Below, in pieces: positions 61,150 through 64,000 of a stretch of 64,000 nt of DNA; position 1 is the stretch's first letter, and every line of letters begins with the position of its first letter. The notes under the pieces were generated by a model, which made no database searches, was not told where the DNA came from, and saw nothing but the letters and a program-made list of their open reading frames with translations. Made by a program: the position numbers and the translations under genes. The stretch is from an uncultured Actinomycetes bacterium (GTDB lineage Bacteria > Actinomycetota > Actinomycetes > S36-B12 > CAIYMF01): positions 63,679-127,678 of the forward strand of contig CAVZRW010000001.1 in NCBI GenBank assembly GCA_963777855.1, written 5' to 3'.

Positions 61150-63957
61150 TCAGGAGGTCGCGGCGGAGGCCACCCCCGCAGGCTCCCGGACCGAAGCGCC
61201 GGCTGGTGTGATCGCGCGGGCCGGGTTCACGGCGTGCGCCGCATCGACCGGGGGTGGCGTGGGCAGGTGCCGGCGGCGTGGGATCTTGCTCAGCTCGATG
61301 GTGACGGGGACCACCAGGGCCAGCGCGATGCAGGCCACCCACTGGCCGCCGGTCAGGGAGGTGGTGAGCAGCAGCCTCTGCATGAACGTCCACTCGACGG
61401 CCACGATGGTGATCAGGATGGGGATCGACAGCGTCTTCAGGGCGCTCAGGACTGGTTCGGCCAGGCCGGACTCGGGGGAGCGGCGCAGGACCAGGCCGCT
61501 GAGGACGGTGCCGAACGCCATCACGACGAAGGCCATCGTCATCGGGACGCTGGGCTGGTCACCGTTGAGCTCCCCGGGCCCGAAGAGCAGGGCGATCAGG
61601 GTGACCAGGAAGAGCATGCCGCCGTAGAACGCCCATTGCCGAACCGACACCGGGTTGGCCAGCTTCAGGTTCGGGTCCCGGGGCGGCTTGGTCATGAGAC
61701 CGGGCAGGGCCGGCTCCTGCATGATCACGACGACGGGGAAGATCGAGATGAAGAAGTTGAGGAACAGCACCATCAGCGGGGTGAGGGCGATGCCGTCGTT
61801 GATGTCGAAGATGCTGGCGGTCAGGAACAGCAGCACCAGGGCGAGCAGCTGGCTCATCTGGTAGCGGACGTAGTTGGCGATCTTCTCGTACGTGCTGCGG
61901 CCCAGGCGCACGGCGGTGACCAGGGTGCCGAAGTTGTCGTCGGTGAGGATCATCTTGCCGGCCTGCTTGGTGACCTCGGACCCGGAGCCCATCGCCACCC
62001 CGATGTCGGCCTGCTTGAGCGCGGCGGCGTCGTTGACCGCGTCCCCGGTCATGGCCACGATGTCGCCCCGAGACTGCATGAGCTTGGCCAGCCGGAGCTT
62101 GTCCTGCGGGGTCACGCGGCCGAAGACGTGGAGGTCGGGGAGCGCTGCGGTGAGGTCCTCGTCGCTCATCGCAGCGATCTCGGCGCCGCTGATCGCCCCC
62201 GGGGCCAGTCCGAGCTCGGCCCCGATCGCCGACGCGGTGATGGCGTGGTCGCCCGTGATCATCCGGACCTCGATGCCCGCCTGCCGGGCGATCCGCACTG
62301 CCTCGACGGCCGAGGGGCGCAGCGGGTCGATGATGCCCACCATGCCGACGAACTGCAGATCTCCCACGAAGGACATCGGGTCGGCCACCACCTCGTCCTC
62401 GCGCCCGCTCACGTCGCGTACGGCGAAGGCCAGGACCCGCAGGCCCTTCTCGCTCATCTCCCGGTTGGCGGCCAGGATCGAGTCGAGGACCTCAGCCATC
62501 GGCACCGAGCCGTCGTCAGCGAGCATGGTCGTGCACCGGTCGAGCACGACGTCGGGGCCGCCCTTGACCAGCTCGACGAGTTGGTCGCGCGCCGGGCCGA
62601 TGTTGTGGAAGGTGGCCATGAACTTGTAGGCCGAGTCGAAGGGCACCTCGGCCACGCGCGGCAGCTCCCGGCGGCTGACCTCGGCATCGACGCCGAGCTT
62701 GGCCGCCAGCACCACGAGGGCCGCCTCGGTGGGGTCGCCGATGACGGCCCCGTCGTCGGACACGGTGGCGTCGCTGCACAGGGTCAGGCCGTAGGCCAGC
62801 CTCGTGAACTCCGGGGTGGTGTCCCCGACCGCGGCCCGCACGCTGCCGGTCTTGGCGTAGCCCTCGCCGGAGACCTTGTACCAGTGCCCGCGCATGTAGA
62901 GGGAGCGGACCATCATCTCGTTCATCGTGAGGGTGCCGGTCTTGTCGGAGTTGATCGCGCTGGTCGCCCCGAGTGTCTCGACGTCGGTCAGGTTCTTCAC
63001 GATGGCCTTGTGCTCGGCGAGTTCCTTCGCGCCGTAGGCCAGCATCGCCTGGACGAAGGTCGGCAGGCCGGTGGGGATCGCCGAGATCGCCATCGCCACC
63101 CCCAGCAGCAGCACCGACTCCAGCGTCTGCCCGCGGTAGAGGCCCAGGCCGACGATGATCGCGACTGCGACCCAGGCGATCGCCCCCAGGACCTTCGTCA
63201 GCGAGTCCAGCTCCTTCTGCAGCGGTGACCTGCTCGGTGCCACGGCGGAGAGCATGGTGGCGATCTGGCCCATCTGGGTGCCCATGCCGGTCTCCGTGAC
63301 CACCATCGCTCCGGTGCCCCGGGTGACCGACGTGTTCTGGAACAGCATGTTGGCCCGATCGCCCAGCGCCACCTCATCCCGGTCGATCGTCGACGGATCC
63401 TTGCTGATCGGGGCGCTCTCGCCGGTGAGCGCGGCCTCCTGTGTCTCCAGGGTGGCCGAGCGGATCAGCCGGCCGTCCGCGGGCACGATGTCCCCGGACT
63501 CCAGGTTCACGATGTCCCCGGGTACCAGGTCGTTGGCGCTGACCTGCATCAGGGTGCCGTCACGCACAACCTTGGCCTGCGGGGTGGTCATCTTCGACAG
63601 GGCGTCCACGCTGGCCCGGGCCTTCATCTCCTGCTGGGTGCCCATGACCACGTTCAGGACGACCAGCAGGGCCACGATCATGGCGGTCGACCACTCCTGG
63701 ATCAGCATGCTGACCACGGTCACCGCGATCAGCATCAGGTTCATCGAGTCCTTGAGCTGGATCAGGGCCACCGCCCACACCGACGGCGACGGTTCCGAGG
63801 CGATCACGTTCGGACCGTGCTGGGCCAACCGGCTGGCCGCCTCGGTCGCTGGAAGGCCCGACTCGGCGTCCGTGGCGAACTCCGCCACAACCTCCTCGAC
63901 GGACTTGTTGAACCAGCTCCGCGGCTGGTCGACCCGAGCTTCGGGTGAGACGGTCAT
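61150..63957 (-). CDS. P2-type cation-translocating P-type ATPase (Ca2+-ATPase-like)
   Basis: Track ORF 61150..63957 (935 aa, intact), with a GGAGG RBS. N-terminal cation-ATPase domain (SVEEVVAEFATDAESGLP); motifs TGES, DKTGTLT, MITGDH, GDAVNDAAALKQADIGVAMG. Confidence 0.9.
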   Translation of the reverse strand: MTVSPEARVDQPRSWFNKSVEEVVAEFATDAESGLPATEAASRLAQHGPNVIASEPSPSVWAVALIQLKDSMNLMLIAVTVVSMLIQEWSTAMIVALLVVLNVVMGTQQEMKARASVDALSKMTTPQAKVVRDGTLMQVSANDLVPGDIVNLESGDIVPADGRLIRSATLETQEAALTGESAPISKDPSTIDRDEVALGDRANMLFQNTSVTRGTGAMVVTETGMGTQMGQIATMLSAVAPSRSPLQKELDSLTKVLGAIAWVAVAIIVGLGLYRGQTLESVLLLGVAMAISAIPTGLPTFVQAMLAYGAKELAEHKAIVKNLTDVETLGATSAINSDKTGTLTMNEMMVRSLYMRGHWYKVSGEGYAKTGSVRAAVGDTTPEFTRLAYGLTLCSDATVSDDGAVIGDPTEAALVVLAAKLGVDAEVSRRELPRVAEVPFDSAYKFMATFHNIGPARDQLVELVKGGPDVVLDRCTTMLADDGSVPMAEVLDSILAANREMSEKGLRVLAFAVRDVSGREDEVVADPMSFVGDLQFVGMVGIIDPLRPSAVEAVRIARQAGIEVRMITGDHAITASAIGAELGLAPGAISGAEIAAMSDEDLTAALPDLHVFGRVTPQDKLRLAKLMQSRGDIVAMTGDAVNDAAALKQADIGVAMGSGSEVTKQAGKMILTDDNFGTLVTAVRLGRSTYEKIANYVRYQMSQLLALVLLFLTASIFDINDGIALTPLMVLFLNFFISIFPVVVIMQEPALPGLMTKPPRDPNLKLANPVSVRQWAFYGGMLFLVTLIALLFGPGELNGDQPSVPMTMAFVVMAFGTVLSGLVLRRSPESGLAEPVLSALKTLSIPILITIVAVEWTFMQRLLLTTSLTGGQWVACIALALVVPVTIELSKIPRRRHLPTPPPVDAAHAVNPARAITPAGASVREPAGVASAATS

Positions 63958-64000
63958 CGGAACCTCCAGTTGAGACGCGTACGATCAGTGGACCACGGAT

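Overview
This is a very GC-rich, gene-dense chromosomal segment. Its gene repertoire looks actinobacterial: WS/DGAT, class F sortase, LMW-PTP-type ArsC, ACR3, DUF4397 and a mycolate-free GlgX/pullulanase set. That taxonomic guess is inference only. I can support about 55 protein genes and a handful of regulatory RNA/DNA elements. I recognise no rRNA, tRNA, CRISPR array, transposase or integrase. Contents in order: a Ca2+/H+ antiporter, YceI and a secreted RTX-repeat protein; acyl-CoA dehydrogenase, a PLP decarboxylase and TetR; a decayed GMC oxidoreductase; class I FBA; a hydrolase / WS-DGAT / ATP-grasp operon; a roughly 2250-codon alpha-amylase-pullulanase fusion; a GNAT plus OSBS/NSAR pair; a PadR-membrane sensor pair; an SNF2 helicase and an HhH-GPD protein; a beta-glucoside PTS locus with a textbook RAT/terminator riboregulator, two EIIBCA permeases, a GH1 phospho-beta-glucosidase and a BglG/LicT antiterminator; ArsR-SRPBCC; a GAF regulator / aldehyde dehydrogenase / DUF779 module; a toroid-methyltransferase ORF and an unusual Fe-S protein; a DUF4397 / class F sortase pair; an arsenic-resistance island; a CD225 (IFITM-like) / DUF2752 pair; GlgX; and a P2-type cation ATPase. 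The most striking global property is that 13 otherwise intact, conserved genes carry 14 single-site reading-frame changes as assembled. This is either indel-type assembly error or real pseudogenisation, and the sequence alone cannot decide. All family assignments come from motif recognition by eye; no database search was run.
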